A DNA stretch of 64,000 nt from Anaerolineae bacterium (GTDB lineage Bacteria; Chloroflexota; Anaerolineae; Epilineales; Epilineaceae). The notes under the pieces were generated by a model. The model had not been told where the DNA came from and searched no databases. It worked only from the letters and a program-made list of their open reading frames with translations. Where the stretch lies: the NCBI GenBank assembly GCA_038913135.1, contig JBCLES010000001.1, positions 31,823-95,822 on the forward strand, in the 5' to 3' direction. Each line of letters opens with the position of its first letter. Within the stretch, counting starts at the first letter, position 1. The position numbers and the translations under genes were made by a program. Positions 25,400-35,739 of the stretch are shown piece after piece.

Positions 25400-27651
25400 G
25401 TAGCTCTACCGGACTGAGCCGAGATCGCGACGGAATCTTCGTTGGCTTCCCTCGCGACCACTTCAGCGTTCTCAACCTTCAAAGCCGCTTTGGCATCGTC
25501 GTGTTCGGCAGCCGCTACTGCCGGGGCATCCGGATACGCGATTCGCGGGTGATAAAGGCTCTGAAGCGCACGCACGAACTCCTCTTTGATCTGCGCAAGG
25601 TCGCGGAGGGTGAGGTCACAACGTTGGAGCTGACCTGCAGCCACCCGGGCATCGATGATGCCGCCGACGATAGCCTCGATGGCTTCTCGAGTGACGTTGC
25701 CGGCGGCGCGGACGGCCGCTTCTGAGCCGTCGGCCAGCATGACAATCGCGGTCTCGCGGCTGCGCGGGCGCGGGCCGGGGTAGCGATAGAGGGCTTCGTC
25801 GACCGCCTCATCGCCAGCGGCTTCGAGCGCGGTGCGATAGAAGTACTCCGCTCGCAGTGTGCCGTGATGCTCGAGAATGAAGTCGACGACCGCCTCCGGC
25901 AGATTGTGCTCACGCGCCAGCGCGGCACCTTCCGGAACGTGATCGATGATGATGCGCGCGCTTCGTTCCGTGTCGATGCTTGAATGCGGGTTGCGGCCGC
26001 CGAGCTGGTTTTCGACGAAGAAGTGAGGCCGGATGACCTTTCCTACGTCGTGGTAGTACGCGCCCACGCGCACCAAGAGCGGATCCGCGCCGACAGCTTG
26101 CGCCGCCCTCTCCGCCAAATTGCTGAGCACGATCGAGTGCTGGTAGGTGCCCGGCGCCTTTGTCTGAAGCTTCCGTAGGAGAGGGTGGTCGGGACGCGCC
26201 AGCTCGAGCAATTGAAGGGAGGTCAGCACGCCGAACATGGAGCCGGCGGCCAGGACGCCGAAAGTCGTCAGGCCCGTCGCAAGCGCCGCGTTCGTCAGCG
26301 CGGCGCCGGCGAGTTCGATCGCGCCCCGCAGGTCGAGTTCGCGATCACCAAGGCGGAAGGCGATCAGTACGAGCAAGTTCGTCAACAAGAGCGCCCCGCC
26401 GGCGAGCAAGAATGCTTTGAGTCGTTCCACGCGCCCGATCGCGGACGCTCCGGCAAGGCCACCGGCGATTGTGTACACCGCAAGATCAAGCCGGCCACCG
26501 GCCATCGCCCCGATCGCTCCGGCCAGGACAATTGCCGCAACGAATCCTACCTCCGGTCCGAACAGCACACTGAGCGTCATCGCGACAGCCGCGGTGGGAA
26601 AAGCAAAGGCCAGGACGATTCCTTCCGGGATCACGAAGCGGGCGGCCAGCGCGAACGCCAGGACAAGCGCGACCGCTACTACGATGCCCCTAGGCCCGGT
26701 CGAGGCGGATTCCGGTCGCAAGCGCATGAGAACTAGGGCAGCGGCGCCGGCGAGCGCCATCGACAGCGCGAATTGGGAGGCCAAGTCGCGCCAGGGTGAA
26801 GAGGTGCCAAGCATACCGAAAGCTTCGAGCACCTCGATGTCCCTATCATCGACAAGCTCACCGTCCCGAACGATCATTTCGCCCTGTGCGATCGTTCGGA
26901 TGACAGGTGCGACGGCCTCGCGCGCTTCAACCCTTGCGGACTCAGTTGCCTCCTCGTCGACCAGGCTGTTAGGTACGATGAAGCGCACTGCCAGCGCCGC
27001 GATAAGGTCGACCGTTTCCGGGCCCAAGTTGCGATCTACGTACGTTATCGCGTTGCTTCGCGCGATCGCTAGGCTATCGACGCGGACGGGCTGGCGCATC
27101 GATTGTTGGATCACCCGCGGCACCTCGTCTTGAACGACCGCCCACACCGTCTCATCCAGCGACAAGATTCCGTCGATTGTCTCGGGGGCGATCTCAGCGA
27201 GCTCAGGTATTCCGACGATCGAAGCGCGTATGTCTTCCGCGTCCCGTTCTTCATCCTGAAGGTGCACGCCGATAAGCCGGAGAACCTCGCGCGCGGACCT
27301 GTCCTGCGCGATAACGATCGAGCTGTCCTTATCCTGGAACCGAGGCGCGACTGCGTCCGCCGCCGCTTGGCGCGCTTGCTCCGTAAGGCGATCGCTCTCA
27401 ATGCGGATGGAGGCCGGCGCGACGATATCGGATGGGCTCGGAGCGCCGGCGACGATACCCTCCGCGCTCGATCCCAACGGCAACGCTTGAACCGCAGTCA
27501 ATCCGATCACCAGCGCGATGACAGACCACATCGCTAGGTGCTCTGAGGGCCAGCGGCGGATCGCTCCGAGCAGGCGCTTAACCCCACGGCGACGGCCGGT
27601 CACCCGGAGCTTACCGGTTTCGGTGTCATCTGATCGACTTAGGCGACTCAC
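25396..27651 (-). CDS. pgpH: 7TM-HD membrane phosphohydrolase (YqfF/PgpH family)
   Basis: A large extracellular N-domain is followed by about 7 TM helices and an HD domain (YQHSIVLSNLAERAA...YYHDVGK...HH). The position upstream of ybeY is the conserved synteny. Confidence 0.85.
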   Translation of the reverse strand: MSRLSRSDDTETGKLRVTGRRRGVKRLLGAIRRWPSEHLAMWSVIALVIGLTAVQALPLGSSAEGIVAGAPSPSDIVAPASIRIESDRLTEQARQAAADAVAPRFQDKDSSIVIAQDRSAREVLRLIGVHLQDEERDAEDIRASIVGIPELAEIAPETIDGILSLDETVWAVVQDEVPRVIQQSMRQPVRVDSLAIARSNAITYVDRNLGPETVDLIAALAVRFIVPNSLVDEEATESARVEAREAVAPVIRTIAQGEMIVRDGELVDDRDIEVLEAFGMLGTSSPWRDLASQFALSMALAGAAALVLMRLRPESASTGPRGIVVAVALVLAFALAARFVIPEGIVLAFAFPTAAVAMTLSVLFGPEVGFVAAIVLAGAIGAMAGGRLDLAVYTIAGGLAGASAIGRVERLKAFLLAGGALLLTNLLVLIAFRLGDRELDLRGAIELAGAALTNAALATGLTTFGVLAAGSMFGVLTSLQLLELARPDHPLLRKLQTKAPGTYQHSIVLSNLAERAAQAVGADPLLVRVGAYYHDVGKVIRPHFFVENQLGGRNPHSSIDTERSARIIIDHVPEGAALAREHNLPEAVVDFILEHHGTLRAEYFYRTALEAAGDEAVDEALYRYPGPRPRSRETAIVMLADGSEAAVRAAGNVTREAIEAIVGGIIDARVAAGQLQRCDLTLRDLAQIKEEFVRALQSLYHPRIAYPDAPAVAAAEHDDAKAALKVENAEVVAREANEDSVAISAQSGRAT

Positions 27652-27659
27652 GGATCGGT

Positions 27660-28109
27660 TCAGCCCGCAAGCGTTCGCCGCACGATCTTGCTCACGCGCT
27701 GACCGTCGGCGGCACCTTTCAACGCACTCATCAGGGGGCCCATGACCTGTCCGATATCGCCGGGCCCTTTGGCGCCGACGGCCGCGATGTGTTCAAGGAC
27801 AGCCGCTTCGATCTCTTCGTCCGTCAATTGGCGAGGAAGTAGCTCTTGGATAATCTCAAGCTCTTCCTTTTCGGCTGCGACGAGGTCGTCGCGGCCGGCC
27901 GCTTCGAATTGCTCGATCGAGTCCCCGCGCTGTTTGGCCTGCTTCTGAAGAATCGCCACTACCGCTTCGTCGCCGATAAGGCCGCCGCCCGCCTCGATCG
28001 AGGCGTTCTTTATCGCAGCGCGGATCAGCCGCAGCGTGTTCTTGCGCGGTACATCACCGGAGCGGAGCGCCGCCTTCAGCTCTTCTTCAATCCTCGCCTC
28101 GAGTTCCAT
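27660..28109 (-). CDS. yqeY: GatB/YqeY domain protein
   Basis: 149 aa. The N-terminus MELEARIEEELKAALRSGD..RKNTLRLIRAAIKN is typical of the YqeY family. Confidence 0.85.
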   Translation of the reverse strand: MELEARIEEELKAALRSGDVPRKNTLRLIRAAIKNASIEAGGGLIGDEAVVAILQKQAKQRGDSIEQFEAAGRDDLVAAEKEELEIIQELLPRQLTDEEIEAAVLEHIAAVGAKGPGDIGQVMGPLMSALKGAADGQRVSKIVRRTLAG

Positions 28110-28149
28110 ACATCCCCTCCATGCGCTCGGGGCACATCTCCCGAATCGC

Positions 28150-28176
28150 GACGCCGGGGCGATTTACCCCGGCGTC
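28150..28176 (-). other. Stable hairpin in the putative yqeY 5' leader
   Basis: A perfect 10-bp stem, GACGCCGGGG-7 nt-CCCCGGCGTC, lies between the -10 candidate and the Shine-Dalgarno. It is not followed by a U-tract. Confidence 0.35.
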
Positions 28177-28205
28177 GTCAATCTTGAAACGGGTGGCGCA
28201 GGCGC

Positions 28206-28214
28206 AGTATACCA
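28206..28214 (-). promoter_or_regulatory. Extended -10 element upstream of yqeY
   Basis: On the minus strand TGgTATACT lies about 95 nt upstream of the yqeY ATG, which has a GGAGG Shine-Dalgarno. Confidence 0.35.
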
Positions 28215-28234
28215 CGCTGGCGGCAGGCCAGTCC

Positions 28235-29470
28235 TCAAGGGCAGGCCCCGACCGCGCACGGATCGACCGCTCGACCCTCGTAGTAAACCTCGAGGTGAAG
28301 GTGAGGCCCGGTGCAATAGCCGCCATAGCCGCGGGTGCAACCGACGGTGCCGATAATTTGGCCGCGCTGGACGGTTTGGCCGGTGCTCACGGCGATCGAA
28401 TTCATATGAGCGTAGAGTGACTTGTAGCTGTTGCCATGGTCGAGCGCGACCGCATTGCCTGTCCATCCGAGCCAGCCTGCGCGTTCGACAGTCCCGCTGT
28501 CGATCGCGTAGATCGGCGTCCCGGTCGGGGCCGAAAGATCGACCGCCGGGTGACCCCACCTAAAGCCCCGGGAGTAACGCGCATAACTCGCGACGTGAAA
28601 GTTGCCGGTGCCTGCGTTGGGACCAACGTCGCCTGTCGGCGCCCAACCTGCGACAGCGACACCCGTTACCTGCGTATAGTACGGCTTGATCTCAACATCG
28701 AGAGTCCCGCCTGGAATGACCAACTCTCGCTCGGGCTCAAGGGCGCCGTCGACATCGGCGAGGCCGTTCGGTTCGTACGCGACGATGGATTCGACGTCGA
28801 CTGAATACTTCTCCGCGATCGACTGAAGGGTGTCCTCCGCGCCGACCAGGTGGACGACACCTTCGATCGGTAGGATGGTCAGCTCTGTTCCAACCGTGAG
28901 CGCATGGGGATCATCCCGCAGCGACGGGTTGAAGTACAAGAGCTTCTCGGGTTCGAGGCCGAACTGCGCCGCGATCTCGCTGACAGTATCTCCTTCGGCA
29001 ACCACGTAAGTCTGGACTTCGTCGTAAGGCAGGAGGGTGAGATCGGCTTCCGCGATCACGCCGGGTGAAACGAATCCGATCTCGGGTACATTGGGGTCGA
29101 CCGCGTTCGCGATCTCGCCTTCGGTCGTCCGCAACACAGGCTCCGGCACGAACGATCGTGCGCGCTCACCAAGACGATCGGCTAGCGAAACGCTGGGTTG
29201 CGTCGTCGATGCTTCGCTGACACGCGCCTGCAGCTGAGTCACTACAATGACCCCGCCGATGAGCGAAACTACTGCGCCGTGGGAGGCCAGACGCCACATG
29301 GTTGGGGCGTCGACGCGCGCGAGCCGCTTCGTGGCCCGCCATCGGCGCACAAGTGTGCCGATGGCTGATGCGGTCATCCTACGGGAGGCTGTTAGCCGGT
29401 AGCGCCATCCGGACCCCGCATTCGCGGAAGATGCCTCGTCTTCGTCAATCGGATCGGAATTTGCCGCCAT
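28235..29470 (-). CDS. LysM-domain M23 metallopeptidase
   Basis: One TM is followed by two LysM repeats (YVVAEGDTVSEIAAQFG and HLVGAEDTLQSIAEKYS). M23 motifs are HPAVDL, LYAHM and GPHLHLEV. Confidence 0.85.
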   Translation of the reverse strand: MAANSDPIDEDEASSANAGSGWRYRLTASRRMTASAIGTLVRRWRATKRLARVDAPTMWRLASHGAVVSLIGGVIVVTQLQARVSEASTTQPSVSLADRLGERARSFVPEPVLRTTEGEIANAVDPNVPEIGFVSPGVIAEADLTLLPYDEVQTYVVAEGDTVSEIAAQFGLEPEKLLYFNPSLRDDPHALTVGTELTILPIEGVVHLVGAEDTLQSIAEKYSVDVESIVAYEPNGLADVDGALEPERELVIPGGTLDVEIKPYYTQVTGVAVAGWAPTGDVGPNAGTGNFHVASYARYSRGFRWGHPAVDLSAPTGTPIYAIDSGTVERAGWLGWTGNAVALDHGNSYKSLYAHMNSIAVSTGQTVQRGQIIGTVGCTRGYGGYCTGPHLHLEVYYEGRAVDPCAVGACP

Positions 29471-29600
29471 CCACGCACTCCGTTCAGAGATCTGATCCGC
29501 GAGTCCCAGCCGGATTCCGGCAGCGAAGGCTAGACGTCGAGCGCGCCTGAGTCAACTTAGCACTCGGCCGGGTTGACAGGCTCCATCGAATCGAACCCGA

Positions 29601-30860
29601 TCAGACAGCGCCCGGCTTGATCGAATCAAGGAAATCCTCGTTGGTTTCGCTCTTGGCGATCCTTTCTATCAGTGCTTCGGCAGCACTATGACCGCCGCCC
29701 ATCATCTCGATCATCCGGCGAAGGAGCCACACCCGACCTAGAGTATGTTCGTCGAGCAACAAGTCCTCGCGGCGCGTGCTTGACTTTTCTATGTCGATTG
29801 CAGGAAAGATGCGCCGCTCTTCCAAGCGCCGGCTCAAGACGATCTCCATGTTGCCAGTGCCCTTGAACTCCTCGTAAACCGAGTCATCAAGTCGGCTGCC
29901 GGTATCGACGAGGCAGGTTGCGATGATCGTCAGACTGCCGCCACCCTCGATGTTGCGCGCAGCGCCGAAGAAGTGTTTAGGGGGATAAAGCGCCGCCGGA
30001 TCCAGGCCGCCTGAGAGCATTCGGCCGCTTTGCGGCAGTGCGAGGTTATATGCCCGCGCCAGGCGTGTGATGGAGTCGAGTAGTATCACCACATCGCGTC
30101 CGTGTTCCACTAACCGCTTGGCACGCTCCAGCGAAAGCTCGGCAATCCGAACGTGCTCAGCGATAGCCCCGTCGAATGTCGAGCTGAACACTTCGCCTTC
30201 GACCGATCGATCGACATCCGTGACCTCTTCCGGCCGCTCGCCGATCAAAACGATCATCAGGTGAACTTCCGGGTGGTTCAGCGAAATGCCGTTTGCTATC
30301 TGCTTCAGAATCGTCGTCTTGCCTGTCTTCGCCGGCGCCACGATCAAGCCGCGCTGGCCGCGCCCCAACGGAGCGAGCAAGTCGATCAAGCGCGTCGCCA
30401 GGATAGTCGGCTCGGTCTCGAGGCGCAGCTGTTCTCTTGGGAAAATTGGCACGAGGTCCGCGAAGGCGGGCCGCGAAGACGCTAATTCTGGAGCGCTGCC
30501 GTTCACGGCATCGAGCCTGAGCAGGCCGCGGAAACTTTCGCCTTCGGTAGGCGGCCGGACCTGGCCGATCACAAGGTCACCCATGCGCAGCCCGAATTGC
30601 GCGATCTGGGACTGCGATACGTAGACATCTTTCGGGCTGGGTCTCAGGTTGTCCGTTCTCAGAAAACCAACGCCGTCCTGAATAATCTCGAGTATTCCGC
30701 CGCCGAAGATCAAGCCTTCCGCTTTCGCACGTTCGCTCAGGATGCGAAAGATCAACTCGTTCTTTTTCAGACGGCTGACACCGCGAAGCGCGTGTTCGCG
30801 CGCCAGTGTACGCAGCTCGCTGACCGACTTGGCCTCAAGCTCGGCGATTTGCACGATCAT
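29601..30860 (-). CDS. rho: Transcription termination factor Rho
   Basis: The N-terminal domain (SELRTLA) is followed by the RNA-binding core, Walker A (APAKTGKT) and the C-terminal RRMIE motif. The ATG at 30860 gives 419 aa. An upstream TTG at 30878 is an alternative start. Confidence 0.9.
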   Translation of the reverse strand: MIVQIAELEAKSVSELRTLAREHALRGVSRLKKNELIFRILSERAKAEGLIFGGGILEIIQDGVGFLRTDNLRPSPKDVYVSQSQIAQFGLRMGDLVIGQVRPPTEGESFRGLLRLDAVNGSAPELASSRPAFADLVPIFPREQLRLETEPTILATRLIDLLAPLGRGQRGLIVAPAKTGKTTILKQIANGISLNHPEVHLMIVLIGERPEEVTDVDRSVEGEVFSSTFDGAIAEHVRIAELSLERAKRLVEHGRDVVILLDSITRLARAYNLALPQSGRMLSGGLDPAALYPPKHFFGAARNIEGGGSLTIIATCLVDTGSRLDDSVYEEFKGTGNMEIVLSRRLEERRIFPAIDIEKSSTRREDLLLDEHTLGRVWLLRRMIEMMGGGHSAAEALIERIAKSETNEDFLDSIKPGAV

Positions 30861-30922
30861 GGCTCCGGCATCGGCCAAGCCGTTTAGGCTCGGCGGCGAC
30901 TACTAGAAGCGTTGGACGGCTC

Positions 30923-31915
30923 TCAGCCGCGATACGGCACGCGGCTGAAAGCCATTAACTTATCCCAGCGATGATTAGCCTCGATCCGTCGAATGGTCCC
31001 CGATTTCGAACGCATCACGATACTTGAAGTGCGCGCGCCGTCTCCGCGATATCGTACGCCGTCGACAAGTTCGCCATCGGTGATGCCTGTCGCAGCGAAG
31101 AACACGTTGTCGCAGGCCACGAGGTCGTTACTCCGAAAAATGCGATCGAAATCGTAGCCCAGGTCGAGTGCGGCCTTGCGCTCAATTTCGTCGCGGGCAT
31201 AGAGCCGACCCAGAATGTCTCCGCCAAGGCACTTCATTGCGCATGCCGTCACCACCCCCTCCGGGGTGCCGCCGATCCCCATGAGGATGTCGAAAGGTGA
31301 GCCTTCCATCGCGGCTAGAATCGCACCTGCGACGTCGCCGTCCGATATCAAACGTATCCGGGCGCCTGTTGCGCGAATCTCGGCGATTAGGCGCTCATGC
31401 CGCGGTCGATCGAGAACAATGACCGTCACATCGTCGATGTCCTTGCCGCCGGCGCGTGCGACCGCGCGCAAGTTGTCTTCCACGGGCGCGTCGAGATCCA
31501 CGGACCCCGCTGCGGCACCGCCGACCGCGATCTTGTCCATGTAGACAAGCGGGCCGGGATCGAACATCGTGCCGGTCTCCGCGACCGCGACCACGGCCAG
31601 GGCGTTCGGCCGGCCGTTGGCCAAAAGGCTCGTACCGTCGATCGGATCCACGGCCACATCGACGGCTGGGCCATTCCCATCGCCGATACGCTCGCCGTTG
31701 TAGAGCATAGGTGCCGCATCCTTCTCGCCTTCGCCGATGACCACGACCCCGTCCATATGGACCGTGGCGAGCATCAGGCGCATGGCATCGACTGCCGCCT
31801 GATCTCCGGACTCCTTGTCTCCGCGGCCCATCCAGCGGCCGGCGGCCAGGGCAGCGGCCTCCGTAACTCGGACAAGTTCTAGCGCGAGATTCCGGTCGGG
31901 GGCATCCTGAATCAT
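30923..31915 (-). CDS. glpX: Class II fructose-1,6-bisphosphatase GlpX
   Basis: Motifs are [20 protein letters not shown] and GIGGTPEGV. The protein is 330 aa. Confidence 0.9.
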   Translation of the reverse strand: MIQDAPDRNLALELVRVTEAAALAAGRWMGRGDKESGDQAAVDAMRLMLATVHMDGVVVIGEGEKDAAPMLYNGERIGDGNGPAVDVAVDPIDGTSLLANGRPNALAVVAVAETGTMFDPGPLVYMDKIAVGGAAAGSVDLDAPVEDNLRAVARAGGKDIDDVTVIVLDRPRHERLIAEIRATGARIRLISDGDVAGAILAAMEGSPFDILMGIGGTPEGVVTACAMKCLGGDILGRLYARDEIERKAALDLGYDFDRIFRSNDLVACDNVFFAATGITDGELVDGVRYRGDGARTSSIVMRSKSGTIRRIEANHRWDKLMAFSRVPYRG

Positions 31916-32083
31916 CTCTTGCTCTCCGGGTCAGGGAAGTGAAACCGCATGTGGCGCTGGATGGCGCTGTGCGCGAAGGTGCAATTACGGCGGCGGAGTA
32001 TAACTTAGAGCGCTTCGAAGGTAGAGCGGATCTAACCTTGATCCGATGGCAGCGCGTTAGGTAGACGCTTGAAGTCAGTAATT

Positions 32084-33361
32084 TCAGCGCACTGATTCGG
32101 GTGCCCGCGCTCGCCCTCCCAACGCGCTCGCGATGTCTTCACCATTGCGAAGGATGCGCGTCGGAATCACATTCGCCGCCAGGGCTGCCATCGCGGGCTG
32201 GCTCGAAGGGCCCGCGCCGAAAGAACCGCCCTCGACGAGGACGACAAGGGAGCGCACGCCCCGATGTCGGAGCGCTCGCAATCCGTCTATCCAACGTAGT
32301 GTGGTGGCCGGCGTGACGACGACAAGCATTGTGTTGCGGGTGAATTCGTTCGTCTCGGTAGACAGCACGTCGGACAACGAATGCCTGCCGGCCGCGCGTG
32401 CGATCGCGAGCGTCGACAAAAGTTTGTGCTGCTGGCGCTCGCCCCGATCCGGCCGCACGATAATCCGCCGCTGTGCATGGGCGACGAGGCCGACCGACTT
32501 GCCGTCATCGAGGAATCGTCGTGCAAGACTGGCCGCGGCCGAAACCGCGTACTCCTCGGTCGACGGCGTCAGAGTGAACTCCGCTGGCGGTTCAAGCCAC
32601 GGGGCATTCGCCTGGATCCCTTCGCCCTCGAGGTCAATTTCCCCGACCTGCACGTCGCGCTGCATGTCGAGGACAATCCAGAAGTCGGCGACTGGATCGA
32701 GTTCGAATTCCTTTGTGTAGAGCTCACGCCGGCGCGCGGTCGTCCGCCAGTGGATTTGGCTCAGAGCGTCGCCCGGTTGATAGAGGCGAACGCTCCTTAC
32801 ATTTGACGTAGCGAAGTGCGCAGTGCGTCGGATCACCTGGCCGCCGCCGAGAAAACCGCTCGGCAGCTCGACGCCGTCGAGGGGGACTGTCATGGGGTAG
32901 ACGATGAACGGCGCCGTCTGATCGAGATCGCGCCGGCTTTCGAACAGGCCGAGAGGATCGCCGCCGACGAGCTTCATCGGGCCGAGAGTGAACATTCCGC
33001 GACGACGGCATCTTGTCCGGACCGTCCATGATCGGACTTGGCCGCGACCGAGAGCCGTGATGACGCGGCCCGCTCTGTGCCCAGGTAGGTCACTCGCGTC
33101 GCGTACTTCGATCCAGAGCTTCGGCAGCCACCCGGAATTTCGTATGCGGAGTGTCTCTTCGGTCAGACCGCCGACCTCGGCGCGCCGCGCGCGGGTATGC
33201 CGCTCGAGTTCGAGCCAGCGCAACGACGACCAAGTCAAACCGGCCGCGACCGCGAGTGAGCCCCACAAAATGTATGCCAGCCGAAGCAGCAGCGGGCTTT
33301 CAGTTGCGAGAGCTGTGACAAGGACTGCTAAGGCGACTGCCGCGACAAGGCGTCCTTGCAT
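32084..33361 (-). CDS. Membrane DUF58 family protein
   Basis: Two N-terminal TM helices are followed by the hallmark VRLYQPGDALSQIHWRTTARRRELYTKEF. It lies directly downstream of a MoxR gene with a 2-nt gap. Confidence 0.8.
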   Translation of the reverse strand: MQGRLVAAVALAVLVTALATESPLLLRLAYILWGSLAVAAGLTWSSLRWLELERHTRARRAEVGGLTEETLRIRNSGWLPKLWIEVRDASDLPGHRAGRVITALGRGQVRSWTVRTRCRRRGMFTLGPMKLVGGDPLGLFESRRDLDQTAPFIVYPMTVPLDGVELPSGFLGGGQVIRRTAHFATSNVRSVRLYQPGDALSQIHWRTTARRRELYTKEFELDPVADFWIVLDMQRDVQVGEIDLEGEGIQANAPWLEPPAEFTLTPSTEEYAVSAAASLARRFLDDGKSVGLVAHAQRRIIVRPDRGERQQHKLLSTLAIARAAGRHSLSDVLSTETNEFTRNTMLVVVTPATTLRWIDGLRALRHRGVRSLVVLVEGGSFGAGPSSQPAMAALAANVIPTRILRNGEDIASALGGRARAPESVR

Positions 33362-33363
33362 TC

Positions 33364-34308
33364 TCAGCGCACCGCAGCGCCGGGAACCGCGACGCTGTTT
33401 ACGACTTCGTCGATTAGCTCCCCACCTTCGATGTTGCGTATGCGTGCGGCCGGGTTGACGATAATTCGGTGCGCCAACGCATCGCTGGACATCGATTTCA
33501 CGTCGTCCGGCACTACGTAATCACGGCCGTCAATTGCGGCATGCGCTTGGCTTGTACGCATCAAGGCAAGCGAGCCGCGTGGACTTGCGCCGAGATAGAT
33601 GTCCGGGTGAAATCGGGTCGCCCCGACGATGTCGACGATGTAACGCTTGATGAGATCGTCGATATAGATCTCCCTGACCGCGGCCTGAGCCGCCAAAATC
33701 TGGGCAGCGTCAGCCACCTGTTCGAGACGGTCAAGAGGTTGTTCGGATCGCTGGCTGTCTAGAAGGCGAATTTCGTCCTCAGCGCTCGGGTAGCCCAGAT
33801 GGATTCGCACGAGAAAACGATCGAGCTGCGCCTCCGGCAAGGGGAACGTCCCTTCGTACTCGATCGGGTTTTGGGTGGCCAGGACGATAAAGGGCTCCGG
33901 CAAATGAATCGTGCTCCCATCGACCGTGACCTGCCGCTCCTCCATCGCTTCGAGCAGGGCGCTTTGCGTCTTCGGCGTCGCTCGATTTATCTCGTCGGCC
34001 AGCACCACCTGCGCAACGATAGGTCCGCGACGGTATTCGAACTCAGAGGTCTTCTGATTGAACATAGAAATGCCGGTGATATCGCTTGGTAGGATATCGG
34101 GCGTGCATTGGATCCGGCTGAAGTCACAGCCGAGCGAGCGTGCGAGCGACTTGGCGAGCATTGTCTTACCGACGCCCGGAACATCCTCGAGCAGCACGTG
34201 GCCGCGGCATAGCAGTGCAATTAGCATTCGGGTGACTTCGCGCCGCTTGCCGATTATCACGCGCTCGACATTGTCGACGACGCGCGTTGAGAACTCAGTG
34301 ACTAACAT
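33364..34308 (-). CDS. MoxR-family AAA+ ATPase (second copy)
   Basis: Motifs are [35 protein letters not shown] and [24 protein letters not shown]. The ATG at 34308 follows GGAG with a 6-nt spacer. The ORF extends upstream to 34419. Confidence 0.9.
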   Translation of the reverse strand: MLVTEFSTRVVDNVERVIIGKRREVTRMLIALLCRGHVLLEDVPGVGKTMLAKSLARSLGCDFSRIQCTPDILPSDITGISMFNQKTSEFEYRRGPIVAQVVLADEINRATPKTQSALLEAMEERQVTVDGSTIHLPEPFIVLATQNPIEYEGTFPLPEAQLDRFLVRIHLGYPSAEDEIRLLDSQRSEQPLDRLEQVADAAQILAAQAAVREIYIDDLIKRYIVDIVGATRFHPDIYLGASPRGSLALMRTSQAHAAIDGRDYVVPDDVKSMSSDALAHRIIVNPAARIRNIEGGELIDEVVNSVAVPGAAVR

Positions 34309-34445
34309 GATGGACTCCGAGGGTCCGATGGGCTGGGCGGCGCGCGGAATGATAGCAGTCGCTCGGCGCGTCCAAATGAGCGTGGTCCTCCGCCTGAACG
34401 ATGGTTGACGGGCGGCCACCCGACGCCGGACCTTCGCCTACCGTT

Positions 34446-34454
34446 TGCTATACT
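34446..34454 (+). promoter_or_regulatory. Extended -10 element placed for a leaderless rlmN transcript
   Basis: TGcTATACT ends 7 nt before the in-frame GTG at 34462. There is no Shine-Dalgarno between them. It lies in the divergent region shared with moxR. Confidence 0.45.
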
Positions 34455-34461
34455 CCGGATC

Positions 34462-35739
34462 GTGGACGAGCGGGTGGCTGTTTACGGTATGTCGCGGCGT
34501 GAGATCGCCGAGATGGCCGTGCGTCTGGACATGCCGAGCTTTCGTGCCGATCAGTTATGGCACTGGCTTTACGTCAGGCTGGCCGAAACGTTCGATGAGA
34601 TGACGTCGCTTTCGATCGAAGACCGCAACCGGCTCAAGGCCATTGCGACGATAGGCGAAACCGCCATCGTTCAGACGACGCACAGCGAAGATCAACTCGC
34701 CGTCAAAGCGCTGCATCGGCTGAAGGATGGCAGAACCGTTGAAAGCGTATTGATGCACTATGCCGACCCGGCGGACGATCCGACCGCCGAAGACCCAGCC
34801 GCTGCCACAGACCCAGTCTCTGCCGAAGACTCCGGCGTCGCCGAAGATCACGACGCCACCGAAGTCGCGCGCGTCACCGGAGAGTCTAGCGGTCGCCATA
34901 CGCTTTGCCTGTCGACGCAGGCTGGCTGCGCGATGGGTTGCGTATTCTGCGCTACAGGCCAGATGGGTCTTGAGCGCGATCTAAGCCGTTCGGAATGCGT
35001 TGAGCAGGTGGTGATCGCAGCACGCCGTTTGAAGGGCGAAGGCAAGCGCCTGACGAACGTCGTCTTCATGGGTATGGGCGAGCCCCTCGCGAATTGGAGC
35101 GCGACCTGGGGCACGGTTGAGACATTGACTGACCCCGTGGGCTTCGCGATGAGTCCAAGGCGCCTCACCATCTCAACTGTAGGCATCGTTCCAGGGATTT
35201 TGAGACTGGCGGCCAGTCGTGTTCCCGTGCGGCTCGCCGTCTCGCTGCACGCTCCGGACGACGACCTTCGGTCCCGCCTTGTAGCCGTCAATCGGACGTA
35301 TCCCCTTGCGGACATTCTGGATGCGTGCCGCGTTTACCAGCGGGATGGAGGCCGGCGCATTACATTCGAATATGTATTGATCGACGGCGTGAACGACAGC
35401 TCCGAGCAGGCGGCCGCACTCAGTACGCTTCTCGAGGACTTCAACTGCCACGTGAACCTTATACCTTTGAACCCGACGGAAGGCAGTCCCACTCCAATGC
35501 GCCCGAGTACGCCCAAAGCCGCCCGTCGGTTCGCCGAGACGCTGCGCGCCTCAGGGCTGCCTGTGACCCTAAGGCTGCGCAGGGGTATCGCGATCGCCGC
35601 CGGATGCGGCCAGCTCAGAGCGCGACATTCAGCCGGCCGGATCGGGCGCACAATTCCGCTGAACGCGACCCTAGGGAGTGCGATCCCAGCCGATAGGCGG
35701 GCGGATTCAGAAGCAATGCAACAGGCTGCACTCCGATGA
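34462..35739 (+). CDS. rlmN: 23S rRNA/tRNA adenine-C2 methyltransferase RlmN (radical SAM)
   Basis: Motifs are FRADQLWHWLY and the radical-SAM cluster CAMGCVFCATG. I chose the GTG at 34462 because TGcTATACT lies 7 nt upstream. The ORF opens at 34405. Confidence 0.85.
   Translation: MDERVAVYGMSRREIAEMAVRLDMPSFRADQLWHWLYVRLAETFDEMTSLSIEDRNRLKAIATIGETAIVQTTHSEDQLAVKALHRLKDGRTVESVLMHYADPADDPTAEDPAAATDPVSAEDSGVAEDHDATEVARVTGESSGRHTLCLSTQAGCAMGCVFCATGQMGLERDLSRSECVEQVVIAARRLKGEGKRLTNVVFMGMGEPLANWSATWGTVETLTDPVGFAMSPRRLTISTVGIVPGILRLAASRVPVRLAVSLHAPDDDLRSRLVAVNRTYPLADILDACRVYQRDGGRRITFEYVLIDGVNDSSEQAAALSTLLEDFNCHVNLIPLNPTEGSPTPMRPSTPKAARRFAETLRASGLPVTLRLRRGIAIAAGCGQLRARHSAGRIGRTIPLNATLGSAIPADRRADSEAMQQAALR

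Noticed and set aside
26237-27133. 298-aa plus-strand ORF, plus 26185-26736
   Set aside because: Both are antisense to the 7TM-HD gene. They are Ala/Ser/Arg/Pro-rich with no motifs.
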